A program made the position numbers and the translations under genes. From the NCBI GenBank assembly GCA_963727775.1, contig CAVSHB010000001.1, forward strand, positions 736,001-800,000: DNA of 64,000 nucleotides, in the 5' to 3' direction. The notes below the pieces were generated by a model that made no database searches, was not told the origin of the DNA, and saw only the letters and a list, made by a program, of their open reading frames with translations. This document shows, piece by piece, positions 21,201-28,229 of the stretch (its first letter is position 1; each line of letters begins with the position of its first letter). The DNA comes from an uncultured Nitrospiraceae bacterium. GTDB taxonomy: Bacteria > Nitrospirota > Thermodesulfovibrionia > Thermodesulfovibrionales > SM23-35.

Positions 21201-23881
21201 TTTGGTGGAACTCCGTTTATCAGGTCAGGATTGCTCCCGCCGGTAATGTTATCTTTGGTTACAGTAACGGGCAGCTCATTTGTTTTTATCGCGACATTAT
21301 CTGCGTAGAAGTAATCGCCGGCATAGCCGTTAGAAACACTGAAACGCACAGTCGTATCCGATCCGATATAAGATGAGATATCATAGCTTTTTGTGCCCGT
21401 AGTCTGTCCGGTAATGTTATTGATAGTATCAATGACTGTGAGGCCGTGCCCGTTCCCGGACATTATTACCTGCACTGCATCTGCGGCAGCAACACTCGGA
21501 CTTGTGCGAAAGTCGAAACTTAATGTTGCGGACGTAAAATTCTGGGCCGGTATCCCTGTTGTCAGGTTTGCAGTTCTGGATGCCCATGATCCGGCGGCTG
21601 TCAGACGCAGCGAACCATTGATTACCTGGACATTCCCCGTCAATGGGTCCTGTGGGTTTCCGGCCGCGTCATTCTCACTCCAGTTTGCAGCCCAATTTTC
21701 CGGACCGTCATTATTGCTGTATAAAAGCTGATTAAATTTTTCCTTGACGAGTTTCTGCCTGTGACCTGTGACAGAAGTGCTGCTTGCAATGTAGTTCGTG
21801 CCGTCAGGTAACGGATCGTTTAACTGAATTCCTGTTTGAGATGTACTTGAAGCATTTGTTACGGTGATAGTGTAAGTAATATTGTCGCCGGGTTTTACTT
21901 TGTTCGGGGCTATACTTGAGGTCTTAAGAGTTTGAAGGACCCCCTGCTGGACAACGGAGTCGCGCGTATTAAGAAAAATCTCTGCCACTGAAGTGACCTT
22001 CGCATTATTGATTATATCGGTAGTGGTAGTGGGGGACAATGGATTATTCACCGTTGCCTGAAAAGTAAATAGTATGTCCTGCCCTGGTTGCAATGTGGAA
22101 GGGATAGGATATCCCGTCTCGTCGAGAGGGAAACGTGTGCCCGACGCATTGTCCGATAAGGCAGAGCCGTCCATAGTGGTTGTATTGGCAACATAGGTAG
22201 TATTCGTGTCGAGCGTGTCCAGGAGGTTGATACTGGATATCGGGACTATGCCGCTGTTATGCACCCTTATTGTATATTCCAATAATTCACCGGGATCTAT
22301 TCCTCCGTTACTGTTAAAGTCTCCTATAAGTTCGGCATATTTATAAGCGACTAAGGAAGGAAACGGCAGCACGGTTGTCCCGAGATCGAGTTCTGTCGGT
22401 TGGTTTGCAGAAGAGCTTCCGCCATCCTGTCCATAGGCAACGGCAATCCTCGTATTGTCGGTTGTATAGACCCTCCAGCCTGTATGATCGTAAGAGCCTG
22501 CAGGACCCGGTGAGAATATCTTTTGAGCTTCCAATGCCTGGACATTGATTGCAACATCGCAGTGGTTGCCTAACGAGTCAAGTATCGGACCGGTTGTGGG
22601 ATCTCCGTCATAGTCCACATAAACTGTAGTGGTGGTAACAGCTGTTACCCATATCGGGTTTGCATCTCTCTGTTTATCGGTAGTTCCAGGAGACCAGCCA
22701 ACGACTGCGGAAGTCGTCAGCGATGTCTCGGGGATCATATTAAAGCCCCAATTATGGACTGTATTGTTTATGTCGATTGCGGCAATCGCATAGAAGCTTT
22801 CACCACCTGTGGTGGTAAGCTTGGCGCCTGTTAAGTTACCTGGCGATGTCGGTGATAAGGGCAATTGAAAGAATCCGGCAGTATGAGCTAAGAGGGTTTG
22901 AGATACGGGACATCCGGCGGTACCTGCCATGCAGGTGACATTCACAGTGATTGAGGCGCTGTTTGGGTTGTAGGCGATTATGTTGTTATATACCATGGTG
23001 CCGCCTGTCTCCCTGGTCGTCGAAACCGGACTGTAGTAAGTGTTTCCCAAATTAGAAATAGGAAGCAAGCTATATAGTCTGCCATCGTATCCTGACGGCG
23101 ATTGTGCAGTTAACATATCGACTTGGACAGGACCGCCTGTAGATGTGACGGTGGCCCCCACTTTTATTCCTTCGACATAGAAGGTCTGGCCCTCATTCAA
23201 CGTCTGTGTGACATTGACGGAAAGGTCCCTGTTTTGCACAGTCACACTTGTGCCGTTCTTCTGCGCCGAAATAGAAAGCGCAGTATAATTGAAAGAGACC
23301 GAACCGTTATTAATTCCAACGGGCACTTCGAAATTGCTTCCCCATTTGTTCGTTTCGAATACCTCAACCGCTCCGGCCATCTGCGCGCCTATTGTCTGTG
23401 GCGCTCCATTCGGCCAGAAAGCACGGGTGACGACGATCTGCTGGGTCGCGCTTATCTTGTCCATGCCGTCATGATATAAGTTGCCCTGGTCACGAATTCC
23501 ATTTGCAACCGGAATATCGTCTGCGAAGGTGATGACCTGACCGGCATTAATGGTAATGACCTGTGTTGTGCTTTGTTGAGGGTTTGTTATGTCATCTTCG
23601 TAGCCATCTTCCCAGTGGTCATAGTAGATGGTTGTGCCGTCATATGTGCCGGTGATCGAGATAACGGAATGTATAGTGTCGGCTTCAGCTGTTGCAGTCT
23701 GCGCCCTCATCCATGTCCTGGCCTGGGGTTCGGTGATAGGGACATAAAACGTCTGGACAATTTGATTGGCTGCTTTAGCGTCGTGCGTACCGTAGAACGC
23801 AAAGATTATCAATGCCGCGACGGCGAAAAGTATTACGCGAAGGTTGATGCCAGGTGAGACATACTGGTCCATCTTTTTCAT
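15257..23881 (-). CDS. Giant secreted multidomain protein (about 2870 aa): DUF11/Ig domains, five SdrD B-like repeats, DNRLRE-type module, C-terminal C25 (gingipain-family) cysteine peptidase
   Basis: Signal peptide ending AKA. PG..I.YTITV.N DUF11 motifs. Repeats GDLVWLD, GDYVWSD, SDRVWFD, GDTIWSD, TGLVWND, each with ..GE.G..GV.V.L. C25 motifs ADYIII, GRLP, NYIGHG, MTC, YNLLGDPAL. ATG 23881 after SD GGAGG. Confidence 0.9.
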   Translation of the reverse strand: MKKMDQYVSPGINLRVILFAVAALIIFAFYGTHDAKAANQIVQTFYVPITEPQARTWMRAQTATAEADTIHSVISITGTYDGTTIYYDHWEDGYEDDITNPQQSTTQVITINAGQVITFADDIPVANGIRDQGNLYHDGMDKISATQQIVVTRAFWPNGAPQTIGAQMAGAVEVFETNKWGSNFEVPVGINNGSVSFNYTALSISAQKNGTSVTVQNRDLSVNVTQTLNEGQTFYVEGIKVGATVTSTGGPVQVDMLTAQSPSGYDGRLYSLLPISNLGNTYYSPVSTTRETGGTMVYNNIIAYNPNSASITVNVTCMAGTAGCPVSQTLLAHTAGFFQLPLSPTSPGNLTGAKLTTTGGESFYAIAAIDINNTVHNWGFNMIPETSLTTSAVVGWSPGTTDKQRDANPIWVTAVTTTTVYVDYDGDPTTGPILDSLGNHCDVAINVQALEAQKIFSPGPAGSYDHTGWRVYTTDNTRIAVAYGQDGGSSSANQPTELDLGTTVLPFPSLVAYKYAELIGDFNSNGGIDPGELLEYTIRVHNSGIVPISSINLLDTLDTNTTYVANTTTMDGSALSDNASGTRFPLDETGYPIPSTLQPGQDILFTFQATVNNPLSPTTTTDIINNAKVTSVAEIFLNTRDSVVQQGVLQTLKTSSIAPNKVKPGDNITYTITVTNASSTSQTGIQLNDPLPDGTNYIASSTSVTGHRQKLVKEKFNQLLYSNNDGPENWAANWSENDAAGNPQDPLTGNVQVINGSLRLTAAGSWASRTANLTTGIPAQNFTSATLSFDFRTSPSVAAADAVQVIMSGNGHGLTVIDTINNITGQTTGTKSYDISSYIGSDTTVRFSVSNGYAGDYFYADNVAIKTNELPVTVTKDNITGGSNPDLINGVPPNLVMPADGFALAAGETMTITYTVQAKNPINETRIVNTATATSYEKAPPASSTTIDPVSTGGAIGDLVWLDTVPNGVHDTGEPGLYNVRVWLDTNNNGVFDAGDLETRTGTDGKYVFDGLLPGTYRVYVDETTLPPGLTISTNNNPTSPIVITGQEQFLNNDFGYKNAGSNVAIIGDYVWSDANNNGIQEPGELGLGGVTMELVTSPGNVHVAWATTNAFGIYLFTNVSPGTYVVKSDTAGILSGYSPTVGPQSIGANNSAPITVTGGNSYVMMDFGYYNPSLYTISDRVWFDLNDNAALDPGEPGIKGVTITLLKAGNVVAAVTTSDVYGNFSFTGVPNGSYTISIEDANGKLIGFAGTTTAAQAGNLAVTVLNANVSGTNFGYNAPGKIGDTIWSDYNRNGIQEIGEPGIAGVTVKLYKDTNGNGLLDTGTDQLVATTTTDADGKYMFQVSEEGRFFVSIDDGQTPLSGLVLTTNDDQPSVAGAQRTVLFLNLNTSDLTADFGYNAPGTSAITGLVWNDLNSNKSQDTGEAGISGVTVQLYSDTNSNNIFDPSTDTLVATTTTDSGGYYSFQVSSIGKYFVSIDDTQSPLISKTLTTTDDWPLAPGDQKTVSVTQLNATYPNNNFGFAAAAVSNLVVTKVSSAGTGNVAPGDTITYTITITNNSATTTQTGITVYDLLPTYTTYVNNSTVVKGAPSNNTISSVILYAVKDTYLDQQNPTYNYGSVEPMSIQYRAGRMRQPLVQFDLSSILSTARVGSALMEFNVSTANANLTANAYGLTRDWNEGTRNPGAVCSAGTGNGATWNQYNCANTWTTGGGDYSPTLLGSFIVSPVGYRGINTANLLTSVQNWVTTPANNHGVILIGTAGANQTAAINSRSSANDERLTVRYDTKTNRVGDPNPLTNGVSPNLLMPADGFSLNPGESMTVTYQVQVNSSLPSGVTQIFNEAAVSSAQSATTKASVGNPVTYPTDLQVTKAVQSIDAPCYADGTCHAVFLITLKNVGTTTVTAAQVTDALPANLAYSSYTATAGTATCSGCNSTGGGTLTWTVASSITGGSSVTLTLTTIVQQTETTIQNCANLASSTPADSNSNNNTSCTSISPTHVVLSDFRAYEDNGSMVIEWTTSSESGTAGFYLFRKDASTGGYQRINRRLLPALLTSLQGGTYSLIDKGASPEQSYTYLLMEVEAGGAKNIHGPFTVSTTGTAINNLGRSNAINPELLLNPPKVSTNTVVRSFASDGSSNISVRNDPYKTTVDSGQDLYSNYVRKAKENTVPKATQAVHIRALAASTGSASIQTGTSIKIPVSTNGLYSLSSSTIATLLGISEQKIIQLIKNNGLQLTNKDQKAAYMPDAGNAGILFYGTGISNDNYTDENIYWLAVGNGVQMVNVKGKGPQPVAGNNTFTETIHVEQDNIIVPVITTDPESDYWFWDYIVAGDPDDGVKTFTIQANGVANASGSLSINLQGFTNTKHHASFKLNGTQIADTADKVWYGPNPKTITINYSPGQLYEGSNTVEITGLLDNPDTDYSIFYLNSFDLTYQRLYHATNNSLVCHDNTNPVVTITGFTGPDLSLFDITDPLNPRNVTAAKITSTGGGYALSFNPASSGAVYLALKQDAVIPIPTANVRAGTVPWLKDNKNKADYIIITTAELSDAANTLAAYRSNQGLTVQTVLLEEILNEFNYGIYSPEAIRDFLSYAYHSWKKAPGYVVLAGNGTFDYKNNLGKNDNLIPTLMTSTPSGVYPSDNLFAEVENDHVPRIAIGRLPVLTASDLTNVINKIAVYEGATGNKVIMLADVPDDAGAFTKDSNAVLALLTKSYSAETIYLAGQPVGTAHDTLMDWINNKGIVFLNYIGHGGVDHLAMQPVLTEDDVVFHMTNSTKLPVMAAMTCVVGEYGIPGYNSLSEVLVLQNGGGAAAVWSPTGMSFDSEALILDEEFFKAGFKAKKAVLGDVILKALNGFNKAGGQDFMMDIYNLLGDPALKLR

Positions 23882-24066
23882 TTTATCCTCCCAATTAGAG
23901 GGCAAGGAATTATGCGCATGTTAATAGGCCATGATGAGTGCATGGTCATTTCGATTATCAATTTGTTCTGCATAAAATTCTCCCTTCTTTCATCATAATC
24001 GGATGAAAGATATTTATATATTATATTCTAAATAATTTAGATTATAATTTCTATACATTAATATAT

Positions 24067-24082
24067 AGCAATTATTATGCCC
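24067..24082 (-). promoter_or_regulatory. Sigma54-like promoter of the giant-protein/radical SAM operon
   Basis: Minus strand GGGCATAATAATTGCT = GG-N10-GC, about 185 nt upstream of ATG 23881. Confidence 0.55.
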
Positions 24083-24443
24083 CATATCTTATTGGGATTA
24101 CGCCGAATGTTTGTATTTTTCTTGTCTGTTGAGGTAAGTAAGTTCAATTTTTATTGTAAATCTTAAAAACATATTTAAATCAATTAGTTGCGAACAAAAA
24201 ACAGATGTTCGAATCCTGTTGCCTTCACTAATCCGTAGAATTGACGATTTTATTATTAGGTCCCGCTACAATAAGTCTGCTAATTTTTGTGACTTCTTTT
24301 GTTACGCAGATTACATATTTTGTTACTTGTTTTACATATTTTGTTGTCGGTTTTCAAATAAAAAAGAAAATCCTTTAATCTTTTATAAAGCAAAAAACCG
24401 GGAAACTTTTTTGATATACTGTAAAAGGAGAATAAGAGAAAGA

Positions 24444-25337
24444 ATGAAAAAATATTCCACCAGATTTTTATCGGTAGTCTTTATCCTATTTTTCCTATGC
24501 ATGTCTGTTTTTCTTCGGGATGTTTCTGCGGACAAAAAAAACTTCTTATGGAAGGTCCGGTCTGAGACAGGCACTGTTTATATTCTGGGTTCCATCCACT
24601 TCATGAAAAAGGAGATTTACCCGCTAGACAAAAAAATCGAGGACGCTTTTGATAAATCCGACATCCTGTCTGTTGAAGCTGATGTCAATGATATAAGCCG
24701 GATTGACCTTCAGAAATTAATGGAATCCTCTCTCTACGCAGGCGATGATACCCTCGCAAATCATGTCTCCGGAGAGACCTATAGACTTGTAAAAAAAGAA
24801 GTTGAAAGAAACGGTATTCCTGTCTGGATTGTCGATAAGCAGAGACCGTGGATTCTGGCTTTGACATTGACGTCACTGGAACTTGCAAAGTTGGGGTTTG
24901 AGCCTGACTATGGGATAGACATTCATTTCCTGTCAAAGGCTTCAGGTAAAAAGAAGATCAAAGAACTCGAGAGCGTTGATTACCAGATAAATCTCCTGTC
25001 GGGGTTTTCCGACAAAGAACAGGAAGCGTTTTTGTTATATACGTTGAAGGACTTAAACTTGATCGAGAAAGAAGTTGACACTGCTCTCCGCGCATGGACG
25101 ACCGGGGACGTAAAAGGGATGGAGTCTATAATGGGAAGTCTTCAGGACGACCGGGGAATGTCTTCGATATATGAAAAACTCATCTATGAAAGAAACAAGA
25201 ATATGGCGGCAAAAATTGAAGGCTATCTCAAAACAAAGGAAAGCTATTTTGTCGTGGTGGGAGCAGGCCATGTCGTTGGAGAAAAGGGGATTGTCGAGAT
25301 CCTCAGAAGAAAGGGATATCGTGTCGCGCAATTGTAA
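24444..25337 (+). CDS. TraB/GumN family protein
   Basis: Signal peptide, FLWKV, YILGSIH, GIDIHF, LESVDYQ, RN..M, VVGAGH; ATG 24444 more likely than the called 24219. Confidence 0.92.
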   Translation: MKKYSTRFLSVVFILFFLCMSVFLRDVSADKKNFLWKVRSETGTVYILGSIHFMKKEIYPLDKKIEDAFDKSDILSVEADVNDISRIDLQKLMESSLYAGDDTLANHVSGETYRLVKKEVERNGIPVWIVDKQRPWILALTLTSLELAKLGFEPDYGIDIHFLSKASGKKKIKELESVDYQINLLSGFSDKEQEAFLLYTLKDLNLIEKEVDTALRAWTTGDVKGMESIMGSLQDDRGMSSIYEKLIYERNKNMAAKIEGYLKTKESYFVVVGAGHVVGEKGIVEILRRKGYRVAQL

Positions 25338-25363
25338 AATAATTATAAATATAGGGAGGTCCC

Positions 25364-25855
25364 ATTTCTTTTCTTATTATTGACGGGTATAACCTTATCG
25401 GTATCCATCACAAGGACCTTAAAAAACAGAGGGAGATGCTCATTAATGCTCTAATTGAATACAGGAAGAAAAAAGGCCATGATATAACAATCGTTTTTGA
25501 CGGCTGGAAATCAGGGGAGGGCAAGGAAAATAAATCCATGACAGGAGGTATAACTGTCGTCTATTCAAGAATCGGAGATAAAGCGGATGCAGTAATAAAA
25601 CGTACGATCTCTTCAATAAGGCGTGAATGGATTGTTGTGACATCGGACAGGGATATTGCAGACCATGCGTGGGCATCAGGCTCTGTCCCCGTGTCGTCAG
25701 AGGATTTCTTAAATGCGATTGAGAGAAAAAATATGCGTAGGGATATCGATGACGAAGAATATGATGAGGAAGACGATATTTACCCCAGAAAAGGTAATCC
25801 GAGAAAGCTTTCTAAAAAGGAAAAAGCGGTTGTGAGGGCTTTAAGCAAGCTTTGA
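25364..25855 (+). CDS. YacP-like NYN domain ribonuclease (probable ATT start)
   Basis: IIDGYNL lies upstream of the called ATG and in frame; IVFDG, ADAVI, VVTSDR. Confidence 0.85.
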   Translation: MSFLIIDGYNLIGIHHKDLKKQREMLINALIEYRKKKGHDITIVFDGWKSGEGKENKSMTGGITVVYSRIGDKADAVIKRTISSIRREWIVVTSDRDIADHAWASGSVPVSSEDFLNAIERKNMRRDIDDEEYDEEDDIYPRKGNPRKLSKKEKAVVRALSKL

Positions 25856-26736
25856 TGCGGGGTTTTATCGGAATCATAATCAAGCAACGACCCGCGGATA
25901 CGATAACTGTCGTTTTCCTTTTGTTCCTTACCGCGCTGACTTTTATTTTTTATCAGGCTGTCCCAAAAGCGTTTTTCTTAATAAGTCTTTATTCGTCCCT
26001 TATTTTTGCCCAGGTAATTCTCATTATGTACAAAAATAAAGGCAGGTTCATGCAATTTTTTTATGATCTGATTTTTCCGGTTATTTGCGTCCTGCTTATC
26101 TTTGACAGCCTCGAATGGCTTGTGCATTATATCAATCCCAAAGACATAGACCCGGTGCTTATCAGGCTTGATTATTTGTTGTTCAGCAACTATCCCACGG
26201 TAATGCTCGAAAGGATTATGAACCCGTACTTGACCGATATACTCCAGGCGGCTTATTCGACTTATTATTTTATTCCTGTTAGTTTTGGAGCTTTCCTTCT
26301 GTTAAATAGGCATAGGGCGGCATTCAATAAATCATTGTTTATGATTTTGTTCTGTTTTTATTTATCTTATCTCGGGTATATACTTATGCCCGCGCTCGGA
26401 CCGAGGTTTACGATCAATAATCTGCAGACGAAAGAACTGCAAGGTTTTATCATTGCCGGACCGATTCAAGAGTTTTTGAACAGACTTGAAGGAATAAAAA
26501 GGGACGCCTTCCCGAGCGGACATACAGGTATTGCCTTAATTGTGCTCTACCTTGCATACAGGTTTAATCGAAGATTCTTTTGGATATGCCTGCCTGTTGT
26601 AGCGGCTCTAATATTTTCAACGGTATACTGCCGGTATCATTATGTTGTCGACGTAATAGCCGGGCTCGGATTGACAATAGTAACTATTTTGCTGGGAGAG
26701 CGGTATTATGAGTGGTGGCTGCAAAGGGAGCTGTAA
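25852..26736 (+). CDS. PAP2-family membrane phosphatase/phosphotransferase
   Basis: PALGPR, AFPSGH, STVYCRYHYVVDVIAG. Confidence 0.9.
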   Translation: MMRGFIGIIIKQRPADTITVVFLLFLTALTFIFYQAVPKAFFLISLYSSLIFAQVILIMYKNKGRFMQFFYDLIFPVICVLLIFDSLEWLVHYINPKDIDPVLIRLDYLLFSNYPTVMLERIMNPYLTDILQAAYSTYYFIPVSFGAFLLLNRHRAAFNKSLFMILFCFYLSYLGYILMPALGPRFTINNLQTKELQGFIIAGPIQEFLNRLEGIKRDAFPSGHTGIALIVLYLAYRFNRRFFWICLPVVAALIFSTVYCRYHYVVDVIAGLGLTIVTILLGERYYEWWLQREL

Positions 26737-26744
26737 AAGCTATT

Positions 26745-26912
26745 TTATCTGATCTTCGCCGCCTTCATCTTCTGAAAGTTCGATTTGTTGCCGCTTTTCA
26801 AGAGGTCTTTAAGCTCCAGAGACATTGCAGACAACCCTAATTTGCACAAGACACAAACACCGTCTGCCTGATGCGTCTCATTAAGGCACTTGGTGCATTT
26901 TTTTGTCTTCAT
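26745..26912 (-). CDS. Small CxxC...CxxC protein, 55 aa (MKTKKCTKCLNETHQADGVCVLCKLGLSAMSLELKDLLKSGNKSNFQKMKAAKIR)
   Basis: Translated by hand; SD-like AAGGCGG; two CxxC motifs; below the ORF-track length cutoff. Confidence 0.65.
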   Translation of the reverse strand: MKTKKCTKCLNETHQADGVCVLCKLGLSAMSLELKDLLKSGNKSNFQKMKAAKIR

Positions 26913-27079
26913 ATATATACCGCCTTTATTGTTTTATTTATTATTAAATTAGCTGAAAATTGTGAAGAAGTCATTAAGAAAATGTGAAAAAAGGTTGAAT
27001 TTACGGCTGCATACATAAAATTTTATTAATAATCAGCCAGTTTTCCCATGTCGTAGAAAAATAAATTATAACAGTAAAT

Positions 27080-27123
27080 GATATGGCAGGCATGTATTTC
27101 AATCATACAGTGCCTGCCATATC
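27080..27123. terminator. Strong hairpin, probable terminator of the 27156-27278 gene
   Basis: GATATGGCAGGCA / TGCCTGCCATATC perfect 13-bp stem plus inner TGTAT/ATACA. Confidence 0.65.
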
Positions 27124-27137
27124 TGAATTGTGAGTTC

Positions 27138-27154
27138 GTTGCTTGACCAGCAAC
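27138..27154 (-). promoter_or_regulatory. Candidate bacterial SECIS element
   Basis: GUUGCU-GGUCA-AGCAAC hairpin starting 10 nt after the second in-frame UGA; resembles the E. coli fdhF SECIS apical stem-loop. Confidence 0.6.
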
Positions 27155-27155
27155 T

Positions 27156-27278
27156 TTAGCTTTTTCAGCTCTTTCACTTGTGGCATATCTTAGCGGGATT
27201 CTCCCTTAAAACTTTCTTGAGATTGTCCCAGAAAGCAGCCTCTTTCTCGATTGACTTATTGTTTAAAGGTCTCTTCAT
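27156..27278 (-). CDS. Candidate selenocysteine microprotein MKRPLNNKSIEKEAAFWDNLKKVLRENPAKICHK-U-KS-U-KS (34 aa if UGA is stop, 40 aa with Sec)
   Basis: SD AAAGGAGGTG; own promoter and downstream hairpin; in-frame TGA at 27176-27174 and 27167-27165, TAA at 27158-27156; SECIS-like hairpin. Confidence 0.65.
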
Positions 27279-27356
27279 CCTCTCTCACCTCCTTTCATGT
27301 TCGGATTAATGCAGTCTATCTATATCTGAACAACGATAGCTTTTGTCTATGAGTCA

Positions 27357-27384
27357 ATAATAGCATTTATTAGAGGTTTGTCAA
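27357..27384 (-). promoter_or_regulatory. Sigma70 promoter for the candidate Sec microprotein
   Basis: TTGACA-N16-TATTAT with extended -10 TG. Confidence 0.65.
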
Positions 27385-27487
27385 GGGGGCTATTTAAAAA
27401 ATTATTATAGATTTGTTTTGAAGGAAATAAGGATTCCGTTTTCACAGGAATCGACACGAGCCTTCGGCTCACAAAGGAGTACGAAAA

Positions 27488-27536
27488 TAACTCCCCCTCG
27501 CCCCCTCTTAGTTTAAGAGGGGGTTGGGGGGAGTTA
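27488..27536. repeat. REP-like GC-rich palindrome
   Basis: TAACTCCCCC..CCCCCTCTTA-GTT-TAAGAGGGGG..GGGGGAGTTA. Confidence 0.6.
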
Positions 27537-27742
27537 ATAAAATAAATAGAATCATTTTCGGGTAAAGGCCCCTTTCTGACGGAATTAACGGAATTAACAG
27601 TTTAGCATTCTTGCCTTAATATGTTTGTTCTTGTGTTTCAGTTCAAAGTCTGTTGATTTTGAATATCTCTTGAATCGTCTGTTGTCTTTTGTCCACATCG
27701 ACCATTTTAATAAAAGTATCATTGAAATATAAAGTTTTTTTA

Positions 27743-27771
27743 TTGACATAAAATAAATTCATCATTACAAT
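27743..27771 (+). promoter_or_regulatory. Sigma70 promoter (probably leaderless transcript)
   Basis: TTGACA-N17-TACAAT ending 7 nt before ATG 27779. Confidence 0.7.
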
Positions 27772-27778
27772 TCTATCG

Positions 27779-28147
27779 ATGAAAAATAAGATCCTGCTGG
27801 TTGATGACTCCAAAATTGTCCAGCAGATGTATGTTAACAAGCTGGTTTCGGAACAGTTCACCGTGCTTACCGCGGATAACGGGATAGAAGCTATTAAAAT
27901 ACTCTCCCGGGAACTGCCGGATATTATCCTCCTTGATCTTGTTATGCCTGTATTAGACGGATACAAAGTGCTTCAGGTCCTTAAAAAAGATCAGAGATTC
28001 TCATCCATCCCCGTATTAGTCTTTTCTGCAAGGGGCCGCCCTGAAGAAATAGAGAAAGCTTTGGCGCTCGGAGCATCAGGATACATTGTAAAATCGACCA
28101 CCAAGCCGAATGAGGTCATTGAACAGATAAGGAAGGTCCTCGGATAA
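27779..28147 (+). CDS. Single-domain response regulator (CheY-like)
   Basis: ILLVDDS, PDIILLDLVMP..DG, GA.GYIVK. Confidence 0.95.
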   Translation: MKNKILLVDDSKIVQQMYVNKLVSEQFTVLTADNGIEAIKILSRELPDIILLDLVMPVLDGYKVLQVLKKDQRFSSIPVLVFSARGRPEEIEKALALGASGYIVKSTTKPNEVIEQIRKVLG

Positions 28148-28229
28148 CTAATCCGTCTGTCGCTATATTAATAAAATAACCTGTCTTTAAGTCCCGCGAC
28201 ATATAATAATATTATTACTGAAAGAAAGG

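Noticed and set aside
24219..24443. N-terminal extension of the TraB/GumN ORF
   Set aside because: AT-rich regulatory DNA; the signal peptide begins at ATG 24444
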